From Squalus acanthias (Eukaryota), in the NCBI GenBank assembly GCA_030390025.1, contig CM059434.1, forward strand, positions 45,136,001-45,200,000: a stretch of 64,000 bases of DNA, written 5' to 3'. The stretch's first letter is position 1; each line of letters starts with the position of its first letter. Positions 36,481 to 49,555 of this stretch are shown one piece after another. The translations under genes and the position numbers were made by a program. Below the pieces are notes generated by a model. That model saw nothing but the letters and a program-made list of their open reading frames with translations. It was not told where the DNA came from and did not search any database.

Positions 36481-38428
36481 CTGTACAGTTGAAATGGCAG
36501 CCATTAAACATTTCAAAGGCTCAACCTATGCAACACAATTTCTTGTCTGGTCCATCATCTCCTAAAAGGTAGTGACTTATACTGGATACAGCTCCTAGGA
36601 TTGTAAACATGCAGCACTCAGCCAAATAGCAATCCTTGTGTGTGCACCTGGATAATATAAAACTATGAAAAGGACCCAGCACCAGAATCAAATCTGATCG
36701 TCTCTTAACCCAACATCCACACAACTGCACTTCCACAGGCAAGTCACTAGAAAGCAAAGAGTACCTCGAGTCCATGTCAACCTTTCCGTTCCTTAGACTG
36801 GAGAAACTTTAGCTGTTCAGTCGTTGTACCCTCACTGCCACTCTAGCAGGTCAGCACACATCAAGAGTTGAAACGGAGCCTTTTCTGTTTTGTGTGGCTC
36901 GACACAACATGATGCATTTACTTAAAAAAAACCATGAGCTCCTTGAGCCACTTTCAGTTAAACCTACAGGACATAACATCTGCAGCATTCTGCAAATAAT
37001 TTAATCTGTAGCGGTGAAAAACACCCCAAAAAACTGTTTTTAAATAAAATACAAATAATCTATCACCTGATGAGATTACAGACACAGCATGTCTTTACTG
37101 GTTCCCTGCTGAAGGAATACTCCAGAGTTTGGGCCCCATCCATCAATAGGCCAACGCAGCAGTGCAAATTAAACTCGTAAGTTAAACTCATTAACTGTTT
37201 GAAAATTTACTATCGATGTGGCTGCCTCCCTGCTCCCGCTCAATCCCCCACGTCAGGACCGTAATCTTCAGACTACATTTAGAAACATGAAGTGAAATTT
37301 CTTAATGGCTCCAATCACCCCCACTATTTCAATGAAAACAAGCAGTTGGCAGGGGGTGGGAATGTTGAAAGCAGAGGCTAAATGTTCAGCTTCAAAAGTG
37401 GAAAATGTGGGGATCCTGATCAGGCTGGACACTTCAGGAGTTGAGTTTTTAGAAATTTTTTGAACTTCTCTCATCAAAATTAGTTATGGGATGTATTTTC
37501 TTGCCAAATTTGAAGGCAAGGTCAATGTGGGGTTTTATCCCTTTAAATATTCTGAACTGAACCTAAAAGGGAGCAAGCAAAGAAATACTTCATCAGTGAC
37601 CACCTTGACGAGCATCAGCTTTAGGTCAATTGGGATTATTCTGTGAAAAAATCTTCAATAAAAAAAAACTATTAACTTCAAGATTCTTATTCACCCTATA
37701 TAGACTTTTCAAGCGATACAAATCATTTCAGCAGGAATTACTTTTCAACTGCTATTGTGCTGGTTCCAATACATAATTCTGGAGAAAGAATACAAGTACT
37801 ATTTCCTTGAAAGCTTGCTGTGGTGCTCTGGTCCTCTGAACCAGTTATATGTATCCAGATACTTTTGCCTGTGTCTCCCTACTCCCCTGCCTGACAGCTT
37901 GTATTAGTGCACTCGGTTTCAACAGTTTTTAAGCTGCACATTTGAATGCATAAACACGCAAGTGTTTTCCCTTCTGTGGTCCTTGACCAATATGGCAGAC
38001 AAATAACCTGTTACTACCCTCTACAGAAACTGTTCTTTAAAATGGCCTTGGATGTGTGGCACCCAAAGCAATCCATTGTCTCCCTGAGGAATGCCTTTCC
38101 TTCGCCGGCTGTCTCCCTGCAGTGTCACATCAGTTGTTGTAAACTATGTGGGGAAATTCCAGTGACAAATCTTGCTTCTATCACTCAAGTCTAGACCTGC
38201 CCTTAAGATACAAGATTACAAAATTATGTGTTTCACAGAAATGAAAAACCGTGCGGCACCTGAATGTCCAAGATGGAACAACTGCGACTTTGACCAGCAC
38301 GACATTAAGTGCGTGAGACACTCACTACATGCATGCTATTTCCCACTGCTTGGACTGGACACCTGGGTGTATTGGCAAGTGAAAGCTATGGGTCATCTAT
38401 AGCACTGCAGAAGCTGTCTTATACTTAC

Positions 38429-38636
38429 ATAGTATTTGTCAGGGTTGTATCTCTTCTGGTAGGTGTAAACAGTCACTTCTTTGATTCGCCCATCTTGTTT
38501 TAGAGAATAGGTTTTAGGGCAGAATGAAAGGATAGCTTGTTCATTGGACGGTAACCCTGAAAACCGTAGCTGTGCCAAGTTGTGAATGAGAAAGTTAAAC
38601 TTAGTAGCCATACTGCCTAAGCTGGATTCTATCAAC
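38429..38636 (-). CDS. PIK3C2A: PI3K-C2alpha exon (kinase C-terminus / PX start)
   Basis: [69 protein letters not shown]; 208 nt. Confidence 0.96.
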
Positions 38637-39684
38637 CTGGAGTAGAAAAGATAAAAAAAAAGCTGCATCATATTGCATTCAAGTCGAGACAGCTGTTCAC
38701 ATCTGTAGCGCTTACTATATTCCAGAGATATTCACTTTGTGCTGAGCGCCACAACTCCAAGAAGTGACCTGCTGGAGGCTCACTCCTACCAACATAAAGT
38801 AGCAGTAGGAGCAGCACCAAGACCGGTTGCTCGTGCGAGACCAAACTATTGCTGCTACTCTCTGCCACGTCCACAACAGGATTGGAGCAGAAATCATATC
38901 GACATACATCGTGCAAAAAAAGTCACACTCCCAACTCCAGACAGCTTTCCACAGCCACACCTCCCATGGCGCCTGGCGACTGCAACTCCATTTGTAACAA
39001 TACCAACTCCAAAAAAAATAACCCCTCTCCCAACATTCTTCTCGATAGAGCAGCCTGTAATTCCTTTAAAAGTCCTCAAGCGCTCCTTCAAATAGCAACC
39101 CTAATTCAAAAAAATAATGCCCATCCAATCCACTTCTTGGTCGATGCAATTGCGCATCAACTGGTCTAAACTGGGGCAATTCCAGGAGTTCTACCCATCA
39201 ATTGAAAATTGCATTGACCCTAAACTTCCACTGCTGTTTACTGTCCCACAACCGGCTCATCCAATTGCGACGGGGACTCACAAAACACAATACAAATGGT
39301 AGCAGTCCGTGCATGTCTAGAGAAACATGCTGATACATACACCAACAATCGTGGAACGGGTGATGAAATTGGGGGAAGGAAATGCAGGATTCTCTGAGGC
39401 CCACTCAATGGAGCGCACGTGCCATATACAATTACAAGGCAGGTCAGACAACACTAAAATAGCCCATTTAAATTTACTTTTGACAAACAGATCTGATGCA
39501 TATTCAGCACAGAAGTTTCAGTTTCATTCTTGTTCAAAATGAGTTTTTTTTTTGATATTGCACAGAAATCCAAACCTCGTGATTAAACGCGGAGAATTAA
39601 CCCATACTGCCCCAGCTCAGAGGGTAAGAGGCCAGAAGGAAAGAGGCCAGAGGGAGGGTCCAGGTGGAACGAGAATTCTGAAGA

Positions 39685-40187
39685 CTGTTCTAATGAAGCT
39701 CAACAGAATCTCGAAGAACAGCATCTCATCTTTCTATTAGGCACTTTACAACCTTCTGGACTCAACACGGAGTTCAACAATTTCAGATCAAAACCACTGC
39801 CCCCATTTTTTGGGGCAGCAGCTGCTGGGAATAACTCTACTATTGCCATTTACACCTCCTCTAGACCCATCTTTTGTTTCTTTACTTGTCCCATTACCAT
39901 CCCCTTTGGCCTTGCACCATCATCCCCCTTTTGTCATTTAATCTCTCCTGCCTTCCAACCTATCACAGACCTTCCCTTTTCTTCTTTCCTCCCCTCCCCA
40001 CTTTCCCTGCCTCTGTATTTGCTTAAATACCTGTTACATCTCTAACTTTTTCCAGTTCTGATGAAAAGGTCAACAGCCTGAAATATTAACTGTTTCTCTC
40101 TCCACATATGCTGCCTGACCTGCTGAGCCTTTCCAGCATGTTCAGTTTTTATTTCAGATTTCCAGCATCCACAGTATTTTGCTTTTG
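39685..40187 (+). mobile_element. Penelope-like element 3' fragment (GIY-YIG C-terminus + pLTR)
   Basis: Translates SNEAQQNLEEQHLIFLLGTLQPSGLNTEFNNFR, followed by a pyrimidine-rich 3' region and the CTGATGA...GAAA / TGCTGCCTGACCTGCTGAG pLTR. Confidence 0.75.
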
Positions 40188-40552
40188 TTTTCCTTAATGT
40201 GAAGTTGCTTCATTCAAATTTTATCATTTACTTGTTTCCCTATATATTTTTTTTTATACAAAAGCACCAAATTCTCACTCTGCTGTTCGTAACATTAATT
40301 AGTTCAAATTACTGCATAAATTGGAAGTTTTTAAGCAATAAAAAAAATGACTGAATTATCAGGAGTAGACTGTAGAAACACCAGACCACTAATGACCAAA
40401 CTGAAGTTATGGAGTATAAACAGAAAACGCTGGAAATACTCAGGTCAGACAGCATCTGTGGAGAGAGAAACAGCCAGGAGATCAACACAGAAGCTGGTCA
40501 CTTATGCTTCATTGTACTTTAATTTGGAGAGTTCATTTTCAGTTTACTTTAC

Positions 40553-40662
40553 CTGGTGAAAAAGATGGTGGCTTCAGCATCAGTCGTCTGGGGCTGCAGA
40601 GCATCTTGGACATATTTCAGATCCTGCACATTAGTGAGCTCTGGTAATCCGGAAGACAGCAT
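40553..40662 (-). CDS. PIK3C2A: PI3K-C2alpha exon (kinase)
   Basis: [36 protein letters not shown]; 110 nt. Confidence 0.96.
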
Positions 40663-40949
40663 CTGAAAAAGGTCAGAAGTAACAGATGATAAACAGTAGT
40701 GGGAATGCTGACTACTTTATCACTAAAGTAAAAAAAAAAAACACAAACCACCAGGACATCAACGTGGAAGTTGGTCTACAAAAGCTATGAAACCATAGAG
40801 GCATATCAAAACCTTACACAAACTACCAGGAAAAGAAATGACTGTAGTTATATATCAATACAGAAAGGTAAAAAGAGGTGTAGATTTTTTCAGGTTTTTA
40901 AATTTTGAAACATTTTTCCTTCAACCGTATAATTTCCTGGTGTCGCTTG

Positions 40950-41284
40950 AAACGCTTCAAGGACACCCTCAAAGCCTCCTTGAAAAAGTGCAACATCCCC
41001 ACCGACACCTGGGAATCCCTGGCCCAAGACTGCACAAAGTGGAGGAGAAGCATCCGGGAAGGCGCTGAACACCTCGAGTTTCTTCGCCGGGAGCAAGCGG
41101 AAGCCAAGCGCAAACAGCACGCCAACCCAAGCACCCCGCCCACCCGCCCCTTCAACCACTGTCTGCCCCACCTGTGACAGAGACTGTAGGTTCCGCATTT
41201 GACTCATCAGTCACCCGAGAACTCATTTTTAGTGTGGAAGTAAGTCATCCTCGGTTCCGAGGGACTGCCTAAGAAGTAGTAGTA
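40950..41284 (+). mobile_element. RTE-clade LINE 3' end
   Basis: KRFKDTLKASLKKCNIPTDTWESLAQDCTKWRRSIREG, a frameshifted CxxC...H...H finger and a short (TAG)n-like tail. Confidence 0.8.
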
Positions 41285-41643
41285 TTTCCTGGTACTACAG
41301 TAAAGTCTCAACACAGAATTCAGGTAACCGATCTTTAAAAGAAGGTGCAGTAAGAACCACATGCTGTAGGTTCTATAGATGTCAAAAAGGCAACGTACTC
41401 ATTGTTTTAACCATCTCATTTCTTCTTCAATCCCATTAAGGAGCCAGCTTATCTTTGTTTTGATGTAGAGCCTACACCCAAAACAAGAACCAGTCTGTTC
41501 TCTTTTCCGATACGGACGGATCTGCTGTGCTTCTCCAGTATTTTGTTTTAATTGCTGAACTTAAGCTAGCTGCTCTATTTCACTAATTTCTTGGGCAGCG
41601 CTTGCAGAGTTAATGAAGGACAACCATTCAAAGTATGCGTTAC

Positions 41644-41800
41644 CAGTGACAGGAGATTCAGGAAGTGGTTGGCATGCTTGCGGATGAGATTGTACGACTG
41701 ACAGCACAAGTCTACAAACAACTGAAAGCGGCTGGTTGGCTTCTCCCCACCGTTAATCACATAAGCCATGTCGGAGGTCAGCACAAATGGAGCTCGATCT
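41644..41800 (-). CDS. PIK3C2A: PI3K-C2alpha exon (kinase)
   Basis: [52 protein letters not shown]; 157 nt. Confidence 0.97.
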
Positions 41801-41929
41801 CTGAAGGAAAGAAGAGAAGAATGTGTCCCCACTCACAAAATGCTACAACTTTGTATTTTTGTGCAACACTGTCCCACTGAATATACCGACAGCGAAAATC
41901 GCCAAGCCAGATCTTACCTTAAATAGTCA

Positions 41930-42155
41930 CACAAGTGCACTTTCTAGCAATAATCACTGGCTGTTGATCAGGAGTGGGAACCCGGGCTGATTTGTTCTCC
42001 CACCCCCCTCGCCCGCTCTCTATCAGATGTCAACAAAATGAATTGTACCAACTCTATCCAGTGTCCCAGCTGACTTTAGCTAACTCAGCCCAAACCACGG
42101 ATTGAGCCACAGACCTTACTCATCTGCATCACAACATGCACTCTCAATGAGCCAC
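41930..42155 (-). mobile_element. Degenerate tRNA-derived SINE
   Basis: CCCAGCTGACTTTAGCTAACTCAGC core shared with the 54090 and 56770 copies. Confidence 0.5.
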
Positions 42156-42637
42156 AACTGCAGCTTGATACCAGACCAAGTAGTGCTTGATGCTGGCACT
42201 GGGTGCTTGAAATAGATAAATTCTTCATCCCAAACATTCCTTAAATCAAAGAAAATAACCAATACTAAACCTTCAACAAAAGTGCCTGTACTTGATTTAT
42301 TTGACCTCCAGAGGGTGCAAAACTTAATCCAATCTTACAAACTGCAACTTGTGCTTATTCATTGGTTTTTCTCACTATGCAAAAGATTTTAGTGGAAATA
42401 TAGTTACAATGGGAATTGCTAGAAACAGATTACATTCTCAGTATAAACTAAAAACCGAGGATAGCAAAGCTTCTTTAAAGAGTAAATGTATTCTGTGGCG
42501 CAATGGCTTCTGCACAAGTCTCATTTTAGTTTTTAATCCCTTTGCAGGTACTCATGCAAGACAACAATGGCCTTTGTAAAACTAACAAAATTCTGAGCTG
42601 GAAAATATATTTAAGATTAAAATTTTGAAAAAATTCA

Positions 42638-42919
<282 letters not shown>

Positions 42920-43309
42920 CTATGCAGTGAGGCACACATCATCATGGTAACAATGCTTACAGATCTGGGTGGTGGTGCAAGGCAAGGCCAGAACCCATTC
43001 CACTCTTGTCCACACTTTGAACGTTCTATTCCCTGCCAGTTATCAGGGTTTTACATGAAATGACTTGCAGCAGTCTCAAGCCTGCTCCTCATGGCTTTGG
43101 ATGCACAATATAAAGTGATCATAAGTCAGCACAGATATGCCATCTCACTCAGCAGCCATTCACAATTTCTGCTTGGGGCAATAATGGTACAGTAGAAGAG
43201 TTAAGGCACAATGCTGGGACAGAATAGAAAGAACGCCACTCTGCCATCTGGCAGATAACTCTACCCAACTTGGGTGCGTTCAACTGAGAAGTCAAAAGAA
43301 GGCTAAACA

Positions 43310-43610
43310 TTGCTCATTACTGAGCGCTGCATTGACAGAAGTGCTGTGCTTCAGATCAGAGGCTAAACAGAGGTGTCATCTGTCAAAGTCTCATGGCACT
43401 ATCCAAACAATAGCAGAAGTTTTCCTTCAACCAATACCATCAGAAGCAGATTAACTGGTTATTCACCTCATTGCTGCTTGGGGAATTTGTCATGATACAA
43501 AATGGCTGCTGCCTTTGCCGACACCTACATAAACCACTAGGATGGAAGTCATTAATTGTATATGAAACAACATTTCCGAGAGAAATGTGGAGCACTACAC
43601 AAAAATGAAA
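43310..43610 (+). mobile_element. Degenerate DeuSINE fragment
   Basis: Collinear with the body of 52890-53344. Confidence 0.6.
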
Positions 43611-43660
43611 AAATAAACCAGGTGAAAATAGGCAGCTCTCTACTAAAAGCAGTACTTCAC

Positions 43661-43797
43661 CTTCTCATATTCTTCTTCAGTGGCATTGTACTTCCTGAGC
43701 CATTCAGCTAGTGGTTTGTCCTTGAACGAGCCAGTCACTCCATACTCAACTTGGATTTTTCTAAGTGTTTCTGAAGCTGGTACAAGTTCAACCATAC
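43661..43797 (-). CDS. PIK3C2A: PI3K-C2alpha exon (kinase)
   Basis: [45 protein letters not shown]; 137 nt. Confidence 0.97.
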
Positions 43798-44696
43798 CTA
43801 CACAGAGAATAAAAAGGAAATGAACAGAAGGTAAAAGTCAGGATGAGAAACGGTCCCTCAGTCCATCACATCTTATCCCTCTCATTAACTCTATCTTGCC
43901 ATTTAATAGAATCATGAAAAACCTCAATTTGTATCTGTACTTCATTAGTTATAAATGTTGGGAATAATTTAGCAACCAAAGAAGTTTTTCCTCCAATATC
44001 TGTTTGGAATTTACTTTTTGTGACTGTCCATTTACATCCTCTAATTGCAACATCTGGCCAACTTTTAGCATTTTACATACTTCAGCAAAGCCCCACTTAA
44101 CCATCCTTCCATTTAAATGGGGAAGCTTAAGCTTCTCTAATCTACAAAACGAGGAAGCTGTGCAAGTCTCCAGTTCAGGGGAAGTAAGCCATTCAGACAA
44201 TGCTTTAAAAAGGGACAAAGTCTTCATTAAAAAAAAAAGCACAATTTTGTTTTAATTTAATTTCAATGAGGCCTCCACAATGTTTCAGGGAGTTTATCCA
44301 GTGAGTGGCTGAACTATACAGACCAGGAAAGTCCCGCGTTTAATCTAGTCTGCTAAATCTGCACCCAACCAAAGAATGCGCAATTCTATAAGCAGATTGG
44401 CGTGCATACAGCGTCACACATCAACTGTCTGAAGTGAACAGTAACTTCATGATATAGAATTTACATGCAAAATCTGCACTATATTTTTCTAATCGCATAT
44501 GTTTTACTAGGATTTAAGTTTGTCCAAGTTTAATTTCCTTCTACAACTGGGCTAGGGGAAAGGTTTGGTCACAGAATCTCAACTGTAATTAGGTGTAAAG
44601 AAATATTGTGAGTTGCAGTTTTATACAATTTGACGCAAGAAATATGCAACCTGCTTGCAAATCAATGTTAACTGCACACACTCAAATACGACATAC

Positions 44697-44826
44697 CTCT
44701 GTCCTTCCCTGTGGAGATGCATTTGAAGATGACCATGCGCAAGTCCAACCCTTCCTGAAGCCAGATTTTGTCCATAATCTTGATCATTTGTAGTGCCAGC
44801 ATGTCCTGTCGCAAATCTTCCCCAAT
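44697..44826 (-). CDS. PIK3C2A: PI3K-C2alpha exon (kinase)
   Basis: [43 protein letters not shown]; 130 nt. Confidence 0.97.
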
Positions 44827-45343
44827 CTGTGTGCGAGGAAAACATTGGGTCAATGCATTCTTCATTTACAGAGGAAAATTGCAAGCCTATAGATCAGCAT
44901 TATTCAATTACTGTACGACTGATATTTATAGATGTGTGTTGGATTAAGCAGAAAGCTGGTATTGAAGCCATAGCATATAAAACCTGATAATGAGCACTGA
45001 CTGAAATAAAAATGGAGCAGAGATACAGCTTCATAATGCTTTCATACCAAGGCCACAAAACTATTTGTGTAAATGGGATAGAGATCGGAAGGTTATGGAG
45101 GTACACCAGCAACAAGAAACAAGCTTCTAGTACCATGGCACTTAAAATATGGAAGCAAGAATAATTTAAGAACAGTTGGGAACTGCAACTAATGACCTTG
45201 GTTAGTGAAGGGTGAAACAGCAGCAATCTTATTGGTGCATTGGTTTCAGCGGACTTGCTATCCAAACCACAATATCTCTCAACTTCCTTTTTCCTTCCAT
45301 TAAGAATTTCATTCAGAATGTCCCATTGTAAACATCAACATAC

Positions 45344-45436
45344 CTTAAACATGACATTGATTTCATCCCCCAGGGGGTCAGCATTCACCAGTGTTACCTT
45401 CAGTGGAACTGCATTGGAACTGAAGAAGGAACAAGC
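45344..45436 (-). CDS. PIK3C2A: PI3K-C2alpha exon (kinase N-lobe)
   Basis: [31 protein letters not shown]; 93 nt. Confidence 0.96.
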
Positions 45437-45552
45437 CTATAAACAAAAAGGAGGCACACAATCAGAAAAGAGGAATTCATATTAATAACCAAAAGCTTTA
45501 GAGGCGAGACTCTGACTTTGCAGAACACAAAGCTAATGCCACATGAATTAAA

Positions 45553-45685
45553 GGACTCATCTGAAAGGCAGCATCTTGAACAAGGCAGGACCCGATCAGT
45601 ACTGGACTGAAGCGAGAGCAGAGATTGTGGCTTGAACCCACAACTTATGGACTCAAGACGAGATTGCTACCAACTGAGCCAAGCA
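45553..45685 (-). mobile_element. DeuSINE 5' fragment
   Basis: CTCATCTGAAAGGCAGCATC...CTTGAACCCACAAC...GCTACCAACTGAGCC matches the head of 32613-33079. Confidence 0.6.
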
Positions 45686-46483
45686 ACAGGTCCTCTTCAG
45701 GTTGAGGAATGGCATGTGGTGTAGATTAGTTAAAGACAAAGGGGAAAAATGATCTTGTGGACAGGTAGGTAGAAAGTTACGGAACAGACACAAACTGTGT
45801 TGCAGCATACACAGTGTTGAGAATCAGCACTAAATGCTGCAAATTTTAAAAGATGGCGAGCTACATTCAAGTTTGGTTTTGTACATTGCAGTGCACAATG
45901 TGTAACTACAAGTTAAACATCTACTGTAAAAGCCTATGCATTAGTTGCAGAAGACTTGTACCAAATGCCTACAAAACAGCACACGAGTGCGTATCATGTT
46001 ATGCATGTGCAGATCAGTGGGATCCATGTCAAGGTGTAGTTTGAATGTAGGATTTTAACTGTGGTTGACTTTGGTAAGATATCACTTAAGGAGCTGTTGA
46101 TTCCCACAGTACCATTGAATTAAAATAAAAACTTAGTTTTTCCAAATATGACAAATTTAGAATTTTTATTTCATACAATCTTAAAAATTCTGCTTTACAA
46201 TGCTTTAAAATTTAACAGTAAATCAAAATGCCAATACCTGACTACAATTAAAAAGTTGAAAGCAATTCAGTAGCTTCCAACTCTGATAAGATTACAGATC
46301 AAAAGCAAACTTATAGTAATTGAACGACTAAGTGCCAGAGAATGTAATTGAGACTAAAAATAAACTTCAAATTCCAGGCAAGTATTTCTGTGCAGCTACC
46401 AGAATCATCGCAAATAGTCCATAAGGAGAACACAAAACAATGTTTAAATTGCATTACAAGGAAGTTTTGGGATGTCTGCATAC

Positions 46484-46585
46484 CTTAATATTCAATTCTT
46501 TTGCCACCAGGCTTGGATTGAGGGGGAGGCGACACTTATTTTTGAAGAATGACTGGACACGATCCATGCCCTCCTGAAGGACAAC
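46484..46585 (-). CDS. PIK3C2A: PI3K-C2alpha exon
   Basis: [34 protein letters not shown]; 102 nt. Confidence 0.95.
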
Positions 46586-47349
46586 CTTAAAAAGAAATGA
46601 AAACCATTGGTATTTTAGTAATGATGTGCAGTTACTTCACCCTTTGCTGTTTACAGGGATTAATATTGCTGCAGAGCACGGAATGAATGTAATACCATCA
46701 CTGGCTTTGTGCATTTTGTTGTTGCAGGAGCATGGGCTAGAAAAGAATGAATAATGTGTAGTTCATTCGTTCCAAGACAGCTATATATTTTCCTCCATTT
46801 GCTCGCAAAAGGCACAAGCGTAAAGCAGATTTCCCCATTTCGTACACACATCAGTAGTCGTGCATTTTGCTAAACAAATCAGTGTTGCTGAATATCGGTC
46901 AAATTTAACACAACACCAACAGTCTCTGGGGCCTGGAGGGAGGGTACAGATGGTCAAGACGAGGACTAGCAGCAAAAAGAAAAAGGGAGGTTTCCAAGTG
47001 CAGGAAGGATACACTTTTACAGCCCAAATGTAAATAAGAGCTAAAGAGCTTTGGGTGAGGGAAAGTGTTTTTTCCTCATTGAAAGGGCCAGCTCATACAG
47101 TATAACAATGCATAAAAGCCAACTGTTTCTCCTGCAGCACAGCACTTATTGGCTCAAATCAGGGTTGTGAACTTGTAGCATATGATCAGTCTAACATAAG
47201 GCTTAAGGAAAAAATATTGGCCCGTAATTTGCTATAGCAGCCTTACAGCTCACCTTTGCAATAACCTGGGCTGCTGGTGAACCCAACACAATACACCTGC
47301 AGAGACAGTATTTTGAATTTTTGTTGATCTGTTGATATTGATGCCGTAC

Positions 47350-47530
47350 CTGCCTTGCTGATCCACTGGCTTGGCGCACTTTTTCTGCTACCACTCCCAG
47401 CTTCCGTACTAGTCTGGTCTGCTTTTCAAACTCCTGTCGCAAGCCTTTCCCACATACACACAGCAGGGCACCCAAAAGGAGTTCATAGCGCACCCCAAAA
47501 TATGGGTCATGAAGTGCATCTTTCAATAGC
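47350..47530 (-). CDS. PIK3C2A: PI3K-C2alpha exon (helical/kinase linker)
   Basis: [60 protein letters not shown]; 181 nt. Confidence 0.96.
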
Positions 47531-47829
47531 CTATAAAATTAGAGTGGAATCAAATAAGGGCCTTTTGAGATACAATAATGCAAAGCCTCCAAGAAGGTAA
47601 CGTTACTGCAAGCCCCAAGCAGCTCGTTAGCACGGTTGATCTGCTAAGTTACAGCAGAGAGTCTGTATTGCTCAGCTACTTGCTGAATAAACTTGCAAAG
47701 CCACAGGCTAATCACGGACCTCAAAAATGATCACCTGTTCAGTGTTGTATTTCAAATTTTACAAATGATAAATGCAATCACAAAGAACATATATTTAACA
47801 GCTTGCTGGCAGCTAGGATTGTTCCCATG

Positions 47830-49070
47830 GACTGGAGGGTGACAAGCCAGAAGTAGGAAATTACAGGCCCATTAGCTTGATGTCAGTTATAGGCAAGTTG
47901 TTAGAAGGAATTAGAGGTGCACTGTACAGCCATCTTGACAGATGGGGTTATTAGAGACTCTCAAAATAACTTCAGTAAAAGGTCATGTCTGATCAACCTA
48001 ACAAAGTTGCTAGGGTGGTGGATGTAGCTAGCCCAGTTGACATCATATACCTGGATTTTTAAAAAGGCTATAGTAGGCTATTGAATTAGATAAGAATCTT
48101 GTGGGATTGACAGGGAGTTCCTGGAGTGCATAAGGAATTGATTGCATTCGCATAGGCAGTAGTGCAAGATATAATTTGCTGTTCGTTGTGACTTAGCTGA
48201 ATTTAATGTACCAGCATGCTTCGAGAGTTCTGCAAACAAACCTTTAAAACAGATTTAGTTAACTTCTGTAACCCTTTTAGACATGGCATAAGCGGCCCAT
48301 TGTCTACGGATTTAGTTAACTTCTGCAACCTCATCAGACAGGACCTCGAGAGTTCTGCAAAAAAAAACTTTAATCTGATTGAACAATGAGGAACTTCTGC
48401 AACACCTTCAGACGTGGCGCAAGCAGCCTTGAGGCCCATTGATTACAGATAAGAGAAACCCATGATTGAACAATCGTCAACGTGGTCTGGGATGCGTACA
48501 CATTGGGAGGCCTGCCAAGTTTTGGGTATAAAGGAAACAGTTCGGGAACGCTTGGGACTGCTGCAATGAGTCAGGCACCTTGACCGATCGCACAGAAAGA
48601 AGGGCCTACTAGTCACTCACTGGTGTTGGTACGTATGTATGCTTACTCGTAAACTTCATTTTATACTTGCTTGTAAACTTGACTGATTTTAAGTAAAGAA
48701 GTAGTTACCCTGCAATCTTTGTCTCATTGTCTTCATTCTGGTTCAGGTCCGAACTCTAAGTAACTGTCAGACCGAGATACCGTAAAGGGCCTAGTCTTAC
48801 AGTAGGTTGTTATTAATGGTAGCGTTTCTACATGAATCTCTTAAAGTTCACAACCACTCCATGAGGCTCTAGTAAAAGAGTATTTGGATGTATTGCTAGG
48901 ACAATCCAATACAAAAAAAACTATACTGTCCTTGTACAAGACCTTGATTAGGTCTCATCTAGAATGTTGTGTCTTGCTTTGGTCCCCTTAGACGGTGGGT
49001 GAATGAGACACTGGAAAAAGTTCAGAGGAGTGCCACTGCATTGATAACTAGGTTAAAGGCCCTTAGTTAC
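47830..49070 (+). mobile_element. CR1 LINE ORF2 fragments, interrupted by a solo LTR
   Basis: GNYRPISLMSVIGKLLE, VDIIYLDF and LEKVQRSATALI motifs, with stops and frameshifts. Confidence 0.75.
48163..48801 (+). mobile_element. Solo LTR, 639 bp
   Basis: TGCAAGA...TCTTACA termini; 4-bp TSD GTAG (48159-48162, 48802-48805); TATAAA at 48527-48532; AGTAAA at 48692-48697; internal direct repeats. Confidence 0.8.
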
Positions 49071-49316
49071 CATCGCAAATTTTGCTGCTATCTGAACTTC
49101 CTTATTTTCACATCCCTTTTTTTTTCCCTCTTCCTATTGATCACTGCAACCACCAACAGGTGGGGAGGAGCAGCAGCACATCAGGAATCAAATTGGTGGG
49201 GAGTGCCAGCAACATTGGGTCTCAGATGGGCTTTAAATTGCTCTTACAGTATTTTCTTTTCCTTCTGAGAATTTTCAGATTTGACAAATGGCCAACACCA
49301 TCAAGTTTCAGTTAAG

Positions 49317-49555
49317 CTCCTTTTATATTGCGGCTATCTTAATTAGGATTCCAGGAGCCTGGTATCCATGAGCCAGCTCCTGGCTTTTATACCACTTATT
49401 CCAGCTTCCTTATCCTGGTAGAAGTCTTGGCTTTTGTGAGGTTACAAGTCTGCTGCTGGGATAAGGAAGCTGGATTTAGCAGTGTAAACAACAGGCGCTG
49501 GCTATTGGATTCACAACTTCAAGAATCCAAAACAATAGCGCCAGTATAAAAGCAG
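49317..49555. repeat. ~240-bp imperfect palindrome (MITE-like)
   Basis: Perfect 16-bp inverted pair 49400-49415 / 49459-49474, with imperfect pairing extending to both ends. Confidence 0.7.
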
